Positions 8,316 to 16,946 of a DNA stretch of 52,647 nt are shown one piece after another; the first letter of the stretch is position 1; every line of letters begins with the position of its first letter. A program made the position numbers and the translations under genes. This DNA comes from a virus (lineage: Duplodnaviria > Caudoviricetes): positions 1 to 52,647 of the IMG/VR virus record IMGVR_UViG_3300049846_001015; one strand, given 5' to 3'. Under the pieces are notes generated by a model. It was not told where the DNA came from, ran no database searches, and worked only from the letters and a program-made list of their open reading frames with translations.

Positions 8316-8488
8316 TCGGAGTCCCTCGAACTGTCAAATTTGACGGCGCAAACATCCGGCTTCTCACTCAATCGAACGGCATACAGAGTCCCATAGCCGT
8401 ATTGAGTAGAAAATCGGTTATCGCGGATAAATTCTCGGCATTGTTCGAGAGTTCCGCGCATCAGAGTCTTATCTTCTTTCGTCATCAT
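8312..8488 (-). CDS. small hypothetical protein
   Basis: Fills the gap between neighbours; ATGA overlap with the next gene. Confidence 0.45.
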   Translation of the reverse strand: MMTKEDKTLMRGTLEQCREFIRDNRFSTQYGYGTLYAVRLSEKPDVCAVKFDSSRDSE

Positions 8489-8717
8489 CTTCTTTTTCTC
8501 CATGAATTTCCAAAAATCGCTCGATTTTCTCAATCTGCTTGATACATTCTCGGTGAAAATCGAGTTCGTCAATAACATCGAAAACTCGAAAAACAAGCAA
8601 GAACATAAGGCAAATTCCGATTGCCCATTTCTCTGGTCCTCCCCCGCAATAGTTCAAAATACCTGCGTAGAGGATCAACAAGGCGTCGGGAGCTATCTCA
8701 CTGAGAACAGCTTTCAC
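8469..8717 (-). CDS. small membrane protein
   Basis: GTG start overlapping the previous stop; two hydrophobic segments. Confidence 0.55.
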   Translation of the reverse strand: MKAVLSEIAPDALLILYAGILNYCGGGPEKWAIGICLMFLLVFRVFDVIDELDFHRECIKQIEKIERFLEIHGEKEDDDERR

Positions 8718-9001
8718 AGAATGTCCTCCCGGATTCCCAGAATTTCTTTCTCTTCGGGGGAAAGCTTGGCGAGAGCGGAAGCCTTGAGCATCTTTTCTCG
8801 CCTCGCCTCTTCTCTCTCCCGCTCTCTTTGCAGGTCGTCGGCTTGGTGGACCTCCCACCACTCCCTAGCCCATTTGGGGATTTCCTCCCCCTTGGAAATC
8901 AGGTCTTTACAACGGTCACAAGCCAATCGGGACATCGCGGCGTTAAACCGCTTGTCCCGCTCTACTTGCTGCCAACTCGGTCCGCCATCCATACAAGGCA
9001 T
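8714..9001 (-). CDS. hypothetical protein (MPCMDGG...)
   Basis: GGAG RBS immediately after the tRNA; WW..HQ..D..R and ALAKLS.EEK..LG patterns. Confidence 0.65.
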   Translation of the reverse strand: MPCMDGGPSWQQVERDKRFNAAMSRLACDRCKDLISKGEEIPKWAREWWEVHQADDLQREREREEARREKMLKASALAKLSPEEKEILGIREDIL

Positions 9002-9019
9002 AGTTATTCTCCAGAAAGG

Positions 9020-9093
9020 TAAGCCGGGCGGGATTCGAACCCGCAACCGACGGATTAGAAATCCGTTGCTCGATCCAATTAAGCTACCGGCTC
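9020..9093 (-). tRNA. tRNA-Arg(UCU)
   Basis: Cloverleaf: GAGCCGG/CCGGCTT acceptor, GCTT/GAGC D-stem, ACGGA-TTTCTAA-TCCGT anticodon arm, GCGGG-TTCGAAT-CCCGC T-arm; CCA not encoded. Confidence 0.92.
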
Positions 9094-9340
9094 ATTCAAA
9101 ATTCCGACGGCGCTTCAATCGTTTCTTGCGGTATTCCACGGACATTCCCAAAAGTCCGGCCAACAAGAAACAGACTCCCGCTACGGATAAAACGACCAAG
9201 AAGAACGCGGGGCCAATCCACAAAGGGCAGAGAACCCAAATCCAAGGCCAGTCAATGTACCCGGTGAGTTTCAGGGTGATAAAGACAATCCCCAAAAGAC
9301 CCCAAAAGCCAATTCCCTCGTAAGACCGCGATTCACTCAT
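9092..9340 (-). CDS. small membrane protein
   Basis: LLGIVFITLKLTGYIDWPWIWVLCPLW, a common phage transmembrane family. Confidence 0.7.
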   Translation of the reverse strand: MSESRSYEGIGFWGLLGIVFITLKLTGYIDWPWIWVLCPLWIGPAFFLVVLSVAGVCFLLAGLLGMSVEYRKKRLKRRRNFE

Positions 9341-9581
9341 TTTTCAGCCCCTCCCGAATGGACTTCTCGAAATCCTCACACTGAGCCAGCAAATCCCCGA
9401 GTTCTTGTCTGTCGTTTATCGACCACCCGGAGGGCGATTTCAAAACAATAAAAGGTTCCTCCCCCGGAAGTTGGTACTCAAACTCCACAAAGAGAGATTC
9501 CACGTCCTCTGTGGTCCCCAGTGTATTGCCCTCTTGAGTAAACTCAAAAGAGCACTTAGCTATGTTTATTTCTCGACTCAT
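9333..9581 (-). CDS. hypothetical protein
   Basis: 82-aa ORF overlapping both neighbours. Confidence 0.6.
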   Translation of the reverse strand: MSREINIAKCSFEFTQEGNTLGTTEDVESLFVEFEYQLPGEEPFIVLKSPSGWSINDRQELGDLLAQCEDFEKSIREGLKNE

Positions 9582-9798
9582 AGAGATCCAAAAGCTCCCG
9601 TTGTTTCTGAACGACCCGCGTAGCTAGATCAATAGTATTACAATTGAGCCAAGCGAACAAGGCTAAAAGCGAGATATTTACAAAACAAAATAGTTGAGTG
9701 ACCCAAGGAACGGGGGAAAGGGGGACCGCCCAACAGGTGAACAAACCTGCGCCGCCCACTAATAGAATAGCCACTTTCTGGAAATCCGTATCGCTCAT
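9556..9798 (-). CDS. two-TM membrane protein (paralogue of 10322..10510)
   Basis: FQKVAILL...PW..Q..C...I.LLA.FA. Confidence 0.65.
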   Translation of the reverse strand: MSDTDFQKVAILLVGGAGLFTCWAVPLSPVPWVTQLFCFVNISLLALFAWLNCNTIDLATRVVQKQRELLDLYESRNKHS

Positions 9799-10223
9799 GC
9801 TTTTTCCCCTTTAAGGTTTTTCTCTACCCAATTCCGCATCCATCTCCAGCGCTTAAATCCGGCGTCCGGGTCGTCATGCCGCCAAACAGCCTCGTCGTTT
9901 TCGTACATGATTTCCCTAGCTAGGCATTCGGCGATTCCAGCGATATTCGCAACTACCTCGGACTCGTCAGGGTCGATTTTGGCTATCTGCTCAGGCGACA
10001 TACCTCTAGCAACCAGAACGGAACCAATCGCGCAAACTTCCCCCTCCTCTGTTCGGAGGGACTCAGGGGCCAAATACTTATCCGGCATCGCGTCCAAAAC
10101 TGCCGCCATTTCTTTCAAAAAAGCTTGGCCTCGTTTGCCGCGAATAGCGGATTTCACCATACCCCGCCAACGACCGGCAGCCAAATTATCGTCTAAATCG
10201 TCGCAATACCCGTGTCTGCTCAT
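9795..10223 (-). CDS. conserved phage hypothetical protein
   Basis: MSRHGYCDD..WRG.V.SAIRGKRGQAFL..LDAMP; GAGGA RBS before ATG 10223. Confidence 0.7.
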   Translation of the reverse strand: MSRHGYCDDLDDNLAAGRWRGMVKSAIRGKRGQAFLKEMAAVLDAMPDKYLAPESLRTEEGEVCAIGSVLVARGMSPEQIAKIDPDESEVVANIAGIAECLAREIMYENDEAVWRHDDPDAGFKRWRWMRNWVEKNLKGEKA

Positions 10224-10321
10224 GTCGTCCTCTAGTAAACAAACCTTTCCCCCACCGCCCGCTGGTAAAGCTGGGTTGACTAGTCCATCTTCCCGAAACG
10301 TATTTCGGGAACATCCGTACA

Positions 10322-10510
10322 CTACTTTCGCATCGCTTTGTCAAAGCTGTTTAGGCAATCCAACGCAAATACCGCGAGCAAAGCGATATGAGCAATGCAC
10401 GCGGTCTGGCATAACCACGGCTTTGGGGCGACATCGACCAACAGGCATTGGAAAATCGCCATCGCCGCAGCGAGCAAGATCGCAACTTTCTGATACGCAG
10501 TTCCTATCAC
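10322..10510 (-). CDS. two-TM membrane protein (paralogue of 9556..9798)
   Basis: YQKVAILL...PW..Q..C...I.LLA.FA. Confidence 0.65.
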   Translation of the reverse strand: MIGTAYQKVAILLAAAMAIFQCLLVDVAPKPWLCQTACIAHIALLAVFALDCLNSFDKAMRK

Positions 10511-11025
10511 CCCCCCACCTCCGCCGCAAGTTCGCAGCCGGGCTTACAGCCGTTATGTTTCAACGCCCCACAGAACCGGCAGCAATAAAAATCAGATGCT
10601 ATGACTTTTTTCCACTGGGCTTCTCGCAGCAACCTCAACCTCCTCTCGCTCTGTTCCATCACGCGGGCGAGTTCGGCCTCCGCCTTATCCGCTCGCTCGC
10701 ACTCGGCAGCGTAGGCGTCAATCTGCCCCTGCCCATAGCCGGTCTTGCGGAGCATTTCATTGAGTCGGGCGATTTCATCTTCGAGTGACTCAACATTCGC
10801 TGCAATACACTCGCAGTCTTTGCAGTACATTCCACACTCAGGGCACTTATGAACCTGTGCCCGCAGTTCGGCGAGTTCGGATTCGAGAGCGGCGATACGC
10901 GGATCAAACACAGACCACCCTTGCAGGTTAGAGCAAGTCCCGCACTTTTCACATTTCAGCCGGTCGTGTTTGCACTCCACAAAACTGCGGAGACCCTCGA
11001 CCAGTTCATTTTCAGCGTCCATCAT
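10507..11025 (-). CDS. hypothetical protein with CxxC motifs and coiled coil
   Basis: Several CxxC pairs separated by heptad-like segments. Confidence 0.6.
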   Translation of the reverse strand: MMDAENELVEGLRSFVECKHDRLKCEKCGTCSNLQGWSVFDPRIAALESELAELRAQVHKCPECGMYCKDCECIAANVESLEDEIARLNEMLRKTGYGQGQIDAYAAECERADKAEAELARVMEQSERRLRLLREAQWKKVIASDFYCCRFCGALKHNGCKPGCELAAEVGG

Positions 11026-11294
11026 TCCTCCAGCAGCTTGGCGAGTTGTCTAATGCACCCTAACAACGCTCGGCGTTTTTCGTCCGTAATGTCGGTTTGC
11101 CAATCCGACAAAGCACCCTTCCATTCCGCCACCAACTCCCTCACCGGCTCCAGGGCGGCTTTGCGTCCGGCATCAAATGCGTGCATCGACAACTCTTTGC
11201 GTTTGTAAAACCACGGCACGCTGCTTGAGTCGGGGTCGATATAACAACCGGTACTATCCCACCACTCCTCGAACCGCTCACGAAGTTTGCTCAT
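11022..11294 (-). CDS. hypothetical protein (MSKLRERFE family, copy 1)
   Basis: Shares N-terminal, middle and C-terminal blocks with 11644..11880. Confidence 0.65.
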   Translation of the reverse strand: MSKLRERFEEWWDSTGCYIDPDSSSVPWFYKRKELSMHAFDAGRKAALEPVRELVAEWKGALSDWQTDITDEKRRALLGCIRQLAKLLEE

Positions 11295-11503
11295 TGGACG
11301 TTCCCCTTTATTACATTAACTGCGGCCTGCCAGCCGAGAATAAACGCGAGTTCTTCATCATCGGTCATCTTGACCCATCCGAGCCTCGCCCTGGCTTCTC
11401 GCCGCTGATCATCTGTCGGAATGCGGATAGCACTCAGTTCTGCCTTGAGCCTTCTAATCTGGTCTTTGCTGTTTTTGTTCGACGACTGATAAGCGTCCAT
11501 CAT
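11291..11503 (-). CDS. hypothetical protein
   Basis: GGAGG RBS; ATGA overlaps. Confidence 0.55.
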   Translation of the reverse strand: MMDAYQSSNKNSKDQIRRLKAELSAIRIPTDDQRREARARLGWVKMTDDEELAFILGWQAAVNVIKGNVQ

Positions 11504-11643
11504 TCCTCCAGCAGCTTGTTAGCCACTTGTAAGTTGTTCAAGCACCGCCTCGGCGGGTGTTTGGTTTAGATCGTAGTTTTGCCTGTAAGCCTCGCAATCA
11601 ATTGATCGAAGGCTATCTTCGCTTCCGTCGGTTTTTCGCATCA

Positions 11644-11880
11644 TCATTCCTCCAGCAGCTTGGCGAGTTCGTCGGCACGCTCCCAATCCTGAGGGTTGCC
11701 GGACAAGTTCCACCGCCCTATCAACTCCCTCACCGGCTCCAGGGCGGCTTGGTAGGCTTCCCAATCACATTGCGTTTCTGGGTCGGCATAATATCTCTCA
11801 TTGGGAGCCCAGCGTCCCAAATTAGGATTCGCCCACTGGTCTTTCATCCACGCCTCGAACCGCTCACGAAGTTTGCTCAT
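11644..11880 (-). CDS. hypothetical protein (MSKLRERFE family, copy 2)
   Basis: Paralogue of 11022..11294. Confidence 0.65.
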   Translation of the reverse strand: MSKLRERFEAWMKDQWANPNLGRWAPNERYYADPETQCDWEAYQAALEPVRELIGRWNLSGNPQDWERADELAKLLEE

Positions 11881-12070
11881 CTTCGCACTTCCGTGGTTGA
11901 ACCAATTGAATCAACTTACCGCCACATTCTCTGTCATGTGCCTCTCGCCATTCTGGCGTTGCTTGCGTCGGCGTCCCCCAGGCTAGCCCGTGGTGCAACG
12001 CAAATCCCTGCCAGTTGCATTTATATCTCAGCGAGCAGCACCACACGCCAGGATGGTAAAATTCACTCAC
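11864..12070 (-). CDS. small Cys/His-containing protein
   Basis: GTGA-coupled ORF. Confidence 0.5.
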   Translation of the reverse strand: MSEFYHPGVWCCSLRYKCNWQGFALHHGLAWGTPTQATPEWREAHDRECGGKLIQLVQPRKCEDEQTS

Positions 12071-12639
12071 TCCCCACCCCCTGCGAGCTTGCGGGCGAGT
12101 GCTTCCATAGCTTTAAGAGCCTTGCCGAACTGCTCGTCCGCGTTCTTGTCCGAAACAAGTTTACTGGCTAATTCCACGACAACTTTTCTCGCCTCGCCGT
12201 ACTCCCTCAGCACACGCTCCGCTTCGGATTCGGGGCGGGAGTTCCAGTGTCGTTCGGCTTCTTTTGCTCCATGCGAAGACGCGACGCGAACCCCGCACCC
12301 ACGGCATTCGACCAAATGCAAATCGTCGCCGTCGTCCCCTAATCGCCGCGGATCGTCTCCACAAAACGGGCACGGCTTCAACTCACTGATCTTCGCTTCG
12401 TCGGGTTGTGATTTGCGAACCATCAACCGCACCTCTGCTTTGCTGTATAGGCACAATGCACACACGTTCATGCCGTGGCGGCTCGCGGCTGAACTGCTGC
12501 CGCACGATTCGCACACCGCTTCGTCGGGCACTCGGGCATTGACCAACCGCCCGCAAATAACACACGGTTCATCAACCGAATGAATGTAATTGCAGCATTG
12601 CCACGTCGTCGGCCCGCCGTCGTCTTTACTTTCGGTCAT
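12067..12639 (-). CDS. Lar-like restriction alleviation zinc-ribbon protein
   Basis: LKPCPFCG....VECRGCG.....EAERHWNSR. Confidence 0.7.
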   Translation of the reverse strand: MTESKDDGGPTTWQCCNYIHSVDEPCVICGRLVNARVPDEAVCESCGSSSAASRHGMNVCALCLYSKAEVRLMVRKSQPDEAKISELKPCPFCGDDPRRLGDDGDDLHLVECRGCGVRVASSHGAKEAERHWNSRPESEAERVLREYGEARKVVVELASKLVSDKNADEQFGKALKAMEALARKLAGGGE

Positions 12640-13007
12640 TGGTCGTCAGTCCTCATAAACTGATTCGCGTATTCGACACGCAACCGCTCAAACATGCCGT
12701 CGTGGTCTTGCGGATCGTTTTTCCATCGTGGAATCCAATATTCATCCGCCCACAACGACGAACCATCATGCCAGCACGGCCCGCCGACAAGCCAGCAGTC
12801 TTTGTGCGTCGGGGCGTCGTGTGAATCGCCGTATGGCTTGCGTCGGTGAATCTCGAATCCGCCGTGCGGACGCCGCTGTGAATCCTCCTTAGGCTCAGTA
12901 ATATGCAGATGCAAGCCACCTGCCGCACCGACAACCGACCAAATATGGCACTTGTCGCCAAAGCGAATCGTCAATTCGTATTTCACTTGCAATTTAGGTT
13001 GGCTCAT
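12636..13007 (-). CDS. hypothetical protein
   Basis: GGFEIHRR...CWLVGGPCWHDGSSL; ATGA-coupled. Confidence 0.6.
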   Translation of the reverse strand: MSQPKLQVKYELTIRFGDKCHIWSVVGAAGGLHLHITEPKEDSQRRPHGGFEIHRRKPYGDSHDAPTHKDCWLVGGPCWHDGSSLWADEYWIPRWKNDPQDHDGMFERLRVEYANQFMRTDDQ

Positions 13008-13447
13008 TCTTCCCCCTCCCAATCGACCAGCACTTGACCTTGAGCGTCCAGGCGGACGCGGCAGTAGTTATAAGATGTCGGATACGAGTTTGGCCTTACT
13101 ACTGCAAATGTAGAAGTCCAATCGCTTAAAGCGGCCAACAATGTAGCCGGAAGCCATTCATCACTTCTATTATCCCTCACCTCGCACCGTGGCCGCAGTC
13201 GTGCCATTTCGTCGTTCGGATTCTCGCACCACGTCCAGGTCGGGCGGCGGATGATTACGGGGTAGCAGCACTGTGTTTTTGATACGGTAACCCTTGACAG
13301 CCCCTGCCCAGTTTCGTTCACGATACACTCGCCGAAATTAGCTTGGCGAAAGGCGACACGTTCAATTTCACAAAACGCATCTCGAATCTCTTTCAAAAGT
13401 TCAGGCGTCCCCCACAGCGGGCCGATGAAAACCAATTTCTCGCTCAT
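13004..13447 (-). CDS. hypothetical protein
   Basis: 147-aa coupled ORF. Confidence 0.6.
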   Translation of the reverse strand: MSEKLVFIGPLWGTPELLKEIRDAFCEIERVAFRQANFGECIVNETGQGLSRVTVSKTQCCYPVIIRRPTWTWCENPNDEMARLRPRCEVRDNRSDEWLPATLLAALSDWTSTFAVVRPNSYPTSYNYCRVRLDAQGQVLVDWEGEE

Positions 13448-13860
13448 TGCTCTCTCCTTTTTATCTCTTCTCTAATCAAATCCACCACGGTTCCAGTGAT
13501 TCCCTTTCTCTCGGAATACGCCAGAGCGTTACGGAGATGAGGGAGCGTCATGTCTTTGGGTCGAAGTTTTTCCCCCGACGCCGTAACCCAGTAACACTCA
13601 TTTTTCCGAACAAGGGATTGAGCTAGTCGCCTTCGGGAGATTTTTTCAAAGGCCAGTTCGCAAGCCAAAAGCTCCCGCTCAAGAGCAAAGTAATCAGAAA
13701 TCTCAAGCTCCGGAGCTTCCGGGGGAATTTCCCCGGTGGTTTCGTCGAGGATTCCGCGTTCCATTGCCTCATCCCAGGTTATTTGTCCTGAGACGAAGCT
13801 GTGCAAATCGTTTTCTTCTTGCAGAGCGCGGTCGATTGCGTCATCAGCGAATTCGCCCAC
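13444..13860 (-). CDS. hypothetical protein
   Basis: GGAGG RBS before GTG 13860; W.T..G.....DM...HL.N motif. Confidence 0.6.
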   Translation of the reverse strand: MGEFADDAIDRALQEENDLHSFVSGQITWDEAMERGILDETTGEIPPEAPELEISDYFALERELLACELAFEKISRRRLAQSLVRKNECYWVTASGEKLRPKDMTLPHLRNALAYSERKGITGTVVDLIREEIKRREQ

Positions 13861-14170
13861 TTGCCGCCTCCGATACGCGAGATTCATGCTGCCACTGGTC
13901 GAAATCCACCTCGTTCATACCCTCGGTGCCGTCGAGTTTCAGAACTTTGGCTCGTACCGCCCACTCGAATCGCCCCTTCCAATCGAACCGTCCAAAGATC
14001 CTTGTGATTTTGCCCTTTTTTCCTCTAAAGGAATGGGAAGCGAGGGTCGCGATATCCCCCACCTTGAAGGGGCAGATAGCTTCTGCTTCCGCCTGTACCA
14101 ACAAATTCCGCTCCTCTTTCAAGCGGTCGATTTCGGCGTCGAGTTCTTTGATTCGCTCCAGATTGCTCAT
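13844..14170 (-). CDS. hypothetical protein (coiled coil plus SH3/KOW-like)
   Basis: CPFKVGD...GKKGKITRI. Confidence 0.6.
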   Translation of the reverse strand: MSNLERIKELDAEIDRLKEERNLLVQAEAEAICPFKVGDIATLASHSFRGKKGKITRIFGRFDWKGRFEWAVRAKVLKLDGTEGMNEVDFDQWQHESRVSEAASGRIR

Positions 14171-14172
14171 CC

Positions 14173-14571
14173 TTATTCTCCTTTGATTCCCGCTTCGTCA
14201 AGAACATCCAAAATCTTCGAAACCACGCTGGGAGGGAGATTTCGCAGTCGAAAGCTCTTCGACTGAAAGAGCCGGCTTTGCAACTCGAAGAAGTTATCCC
14301 CCTCCAGCATCTTTTGTCGATAGTTTTCCTCGGAGGGATAGATATCGAATCCCACTTGATTCATTCGAGCGTTAAGCCCTTCGGCGTGATGACTCTCCCC
14401 ATTGGTCAGGAGAAAAGCGTGATCCATCCAACCAAGCTTAAAGTAACCGTATTTCCTTCCGACAGCGGAGATCTCGACATACCGAGGATTTCCCCCAAAC
14501 CGGCGTTGGGGAGCCATGTAAACTTTGTCGCCGACTTTCAGATTTTTGAACATAGCTCCCTTTCGGGTCAA
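14173..14571 (-). CDS. hypothetical beta-barrel protein
   Basis: LKVGDKVY....ISAVGRKY. Confidence 0.6.
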   Translation of the reverse strand: MTRKGAMFKNLKVGDKVYMAPQRRFGGNPRYVEISAVGRKYGYFKLGWMDHAFLLTNGESHHAEGLNARMNQVGFDIYPSEENYRQKMLEGDNFFELQSRLFQSKSFRLRNLPPSVVSKILDVLDEAGIKGE

Positions 14572-14891
14572 TTTGACCAGTCCACTTTTTTGTACGCGGA
14601 GTTCCGATGGTGATTCACACGCCCCTCATCTCGGTCAAAGGTTTTTACGAAGGTATGCTTCGCTTCTCCCCGTTTTTTGCGGGGCTGCCATTCCTCTAAG
14701 CACGTCCAGACGTTTCCAAGGCAGGCGTCGATAGCAACCCAGGCAACGTCTTTTATCTTGAACGATCTTTTCAGGTAGCGAGCGCACTTTTCAGCTTTCG
14801 AGTAGGAGTCCGTTTCGACATGGACCCAATAGTTGTGTTTTGTAACCAGTTGCACTCGAAATTCCATCTCAACTCCCACAAAAACATTCAA
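14568..14891 (-). CDS. hypothetical protein (start uncertain)
   Basis: First ORF after the predicted promoter. Confidence 0.55.
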   Translation of the reverse strand: MNVFVGVEMEFRVQLVTKHNYWVHVETDSYSKAEKCARYLKRSFKIKDVAWVAIDACLGNVWTCLEEWQPRKKRGEAKHTFVKTFDRDEGRVNHHRNSAYKKVDWSN

Positions 14892-14897
14892 CGACGA

Positions 14898-14925
14898 ATG
14901 ATACTCTTAATGTATTAAGAGTCAA
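14898..14925 (-). promoter_or_regulatory. sigma70-like promoter overlapped by a palindromic operator
   Basis: TTGACT-16 nt-TATCAT; perfect 9-bp-arm palindrome ACTCTTAAT-nn-ATTAAGAGT at 14903-14922. Confidence 0.6.
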
Positions 14926-14940
14926 GAGAGAATCCGAAAT

Positions 14941-15165
14941 TTACTCGCCATCTTCTCCGGTTCCGTCGCAATTAGGGCAAATTCCCTTACCGCTGCATTC
15001 CTGGCAATTTCCAGTTCCGTGACAAAAAACGCAATGGGGAACCTTCTCTAAGACGGGTTCCGCCAATTGTCTCAAAGTCAGAAGATTTTTACGTTCGGCG
15101 GAGCGGGGCTTGGACTTTTCCAACATCTTATCGAGAGTTTCGAAGAACAATTTTTTCGTGGTCAT
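14941..15165 (-). CDS. small protein with DnaJ-type CxxCxGxG zinc finger
   Basis: CVFCHGTG, CQECSGKG, CPNCDGTG. Confidence 0.65.
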   Translation of the reverse strand: MTTKKLFFETLDKMLEKSKPRSAERKNLLTLRQLAEPVLEKVPHCVFCHGTGNCQECSGKGICPNCDGTGEDGE

Positions 15166-15365
15166 TTTACGTCCTTTCTTTGTGGTTTTCGTCGAGACTG
15201 GTCATCGCGTGAAGATTCGATAGCTCGCCCTTGCCGGGCGGCGCGGGATCTGGCTCTTTCGCGACTCTCCGGATCTCCAGCATCATAAGTGTAACAAGTT
15301 CCCTCCGGACCCCAGCGGAAGCCCCGCCGTCCGCCCGAACTACAGGGTTGTACTGGCATCTGCAT
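15162..15365 (-). CDS. small basic phage protein
   Basis: MPV..C...G..GFRWG..GTCYTY...A..QGRAI. Confidence 0.6.
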   Translation of the reverse strand: MQMPVQPCSSGGRRGFRWGPEGTCYTYDAGDPESRERARSRAARQGRAIESSRDDQSRRKPQRKDVK

Positions 15366-15723
15366 TCTCCAGGATAGGTTCCAGGTAAGGAGGAGAGTAG
15401 GTCGGGGGTTTGATCCATTTTCCCCCCTCGTCCCGGTGCCCTCCGACTTTGCTCATGTTCGAACGATGGATTTCATCGAAAATCTGGTCGGTTGGCAAGC
15501 CGCAGCTTACCGCCGTCCCGAGAACGACGTACATCAAATCCCCGAGGGCGTCCGCCACTTCCACGATATCGTGGTTGTCGAAAGCTTCTTGAAGTTCTTC
15601 AAGCTCCTCCTTGATAAGCCGAACGCGGAGTTGCACCGTTTGAGAATCCGGAATTCCGGGTCGTTCCCGGACAACCAGCCCGAAAGTCTCATGGAATTCC
15701 TTAACCATTTCTTGTTCGCGCAT
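15340..15723 (-). CDS. MazG-like/PRA-PH nucleoside triphosphate pyrophosphohydrolase
   Basis: VKEFHETFG..LIKEELEEL..EVADALGDLMYV..EIHRSNMSK. Confidence 0.85.
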   Translation of the reverse strand: MREQEMVKEFHETFGLVVRERPGIPDSQTVQLRVRLIKEELEELQEAFDNHDIVEVADALGDLMYVVLGTAVSCGLPTDQIFDEIHRSNMSKVGGHRDEGGKWIKPPTYSPPYLEPILENADASTTL

Positions 15724-16255
15724 CGAATACTCCTAAAAACTTGCCTTTTGAGTGTTCTGGGATGAGAGTTTCCGGCTGGGGGAAGTTGAACGGCTCCTTA
15801 GTAAGATCCAAAGCCCTGTATCCGGCAGACGGCTTATCCATCCGTTTCGAGTTGTCCGCTCCCGGATAAGTGGTGGAAATGAACCAGTCGCACCGAGTTT
15901 TCCGCAAAACTTGCAGAATCATCTCGTTTGGAAGATGGATAAAGACATCTCTTGCAACGACGATCTCTGCGGTAAATTGACGCACATCCAGAATGTTAGA
16001 CTCGGTGCAATCATAAGCTTCCCATGAAGGATGGGATTTGATATCAAAACCTCGATATTGCGCACCGGATTGAAAGAGGGCATGGCGGGCAAAGTTCAGA
16101 TCTCCACAGCCCAATTCGATTATGACAGAGGGATTCTTCTCTTTGAGAATAGCGGGAAGTCGGGCAATAACTTCCTGCATATTGCAAACTTTCGACCCGG
16201 CCCCGCAGCGAGTTTCGTCCCCACCCCCGAACCAATCAGTCGGAAACTTTTCCAT
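15701..16255 (-). CDS. class I SAM-dependent methyltransferase
   Basis: CGAGS, IELGCGD, Y.GFDI and RDVFIHL motifs. Confidence 0.8.
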   Translation of the reverse strand: MEKFPTDWFGGGDETRCGAGSKVCNMQEVIARLPAILKEKNPSVIIELGCGDLNFARHALFQSGAQYRGFDIKSHPSWEAYDCTESNILDVRQFTAEIVVARDVFIHLPNEMILQVLRKTRCDWFISTTYPGADNSKRMDKPSAGYRALDLTKEPFNFPQPETLIPEHSKGKFLGVFDARTRNG

Positions 16256-16946
16256 GTTTTTCCTTCAACTTCTTGAAAATCACGCCTTTCGGATGCCGAT
16301 TAGACCCCCTAATCGGGGATCTCTTACGGTAGATGTAGATGGGATCTTGGATATTCGCGATTTCGCTCGACGATAGGACTTTCAAGAGCGGGAACATCAA
16401 AGCCACGTCGGTACACACTCTCAGCCACTTGTTGTCCAATACAAAGTGAGATTCCTTGAGATGCGGCAACAGAGAAGTATGGAAAGTTCGGAGAGGGGGA
16501 GCTTTGAAGTTCTTATCTTCCAGAAAGGAATTGTCGTCTATTTGCTCAGGAGTGTACCATCGAGGATGCCCGCCTCCGATTCCCTTATGACGCGCCCACC
16601 CTCCCAGTGTCATTTTGAATCCCTGTTCATAGTAAGGAGCTACGATGGAAAAGGCATCTCTCCTCAGATAATCGTCGAGATCCAGTTGAACGGCAACGCC
16701 GGGTCCGGAAATTTCTTGAATCAAATCCCAGCGAGACTTAGCCGCGCCTAGATTGGCTTTTGTCCGGGAAGCATGAATTCGGGGATCTTCTTTAGCCAAT
16801 CTCTCAAGTTTCCCAAACGTGGCGTCGGAAGATCCGTCATCCCGGACAAAGGCTTCCCATTCCTCTGTCTGGGAGTACAAAGAACTGTACCAGTCATCGA
16901 CGAATTTCTCACAGTTTAACCCGCAAGAAATTACGAAGAATTTCAT
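16236..16946 (-). CDS. glycosyltransferase family 2
   Basis: SLYSQT...DDGSSD...N.G...LDLDD. Confidence 0.85.
   Translation of the reverse strand: MKFFVISCGLNCEKFVDDWYSSLYSQTEEWEAFVRDDGSSDATFGKLERLAKEDPRIHASRTKANLGAAKSRWDLIQEISGPGVAVQLDLDDYLRRDAFSIVAPYYEQGFKMTLGGWARHKGIGGGHPRWYTPEQIDDNSFLEDKNFKAPPLRTFHTSLLPHLKESHFVLDNKWLRVCTDVALMFPLLKVLSSSEIANIQDPIYIYRKRSPIRGSNRHPKGVIFKKLKEKHGKVSD

Larger units (their letters stand above)
11014..11880. repeat. set of 21-29 bp exact direct repeats at gene junctions and inside paralogues
   Basis: CATCATTCCTCCAGCAGCTTG at 11020, 11498 and 11642; CAACTCCCTCACCGGCTCCAGGGCGGCTT at 11133 and 11722; CCTCGAACCGCTCACGAAGTTTGCTCAT at 11267 and 11853. Confidence 0.9.

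Noticed and set aside
9020-9093. Amber (CUA) suppressor reading of this tRNA
   Set aside because: The perfect 5-bp stem centres TCT in the 7-nt loop, so it is Arg.
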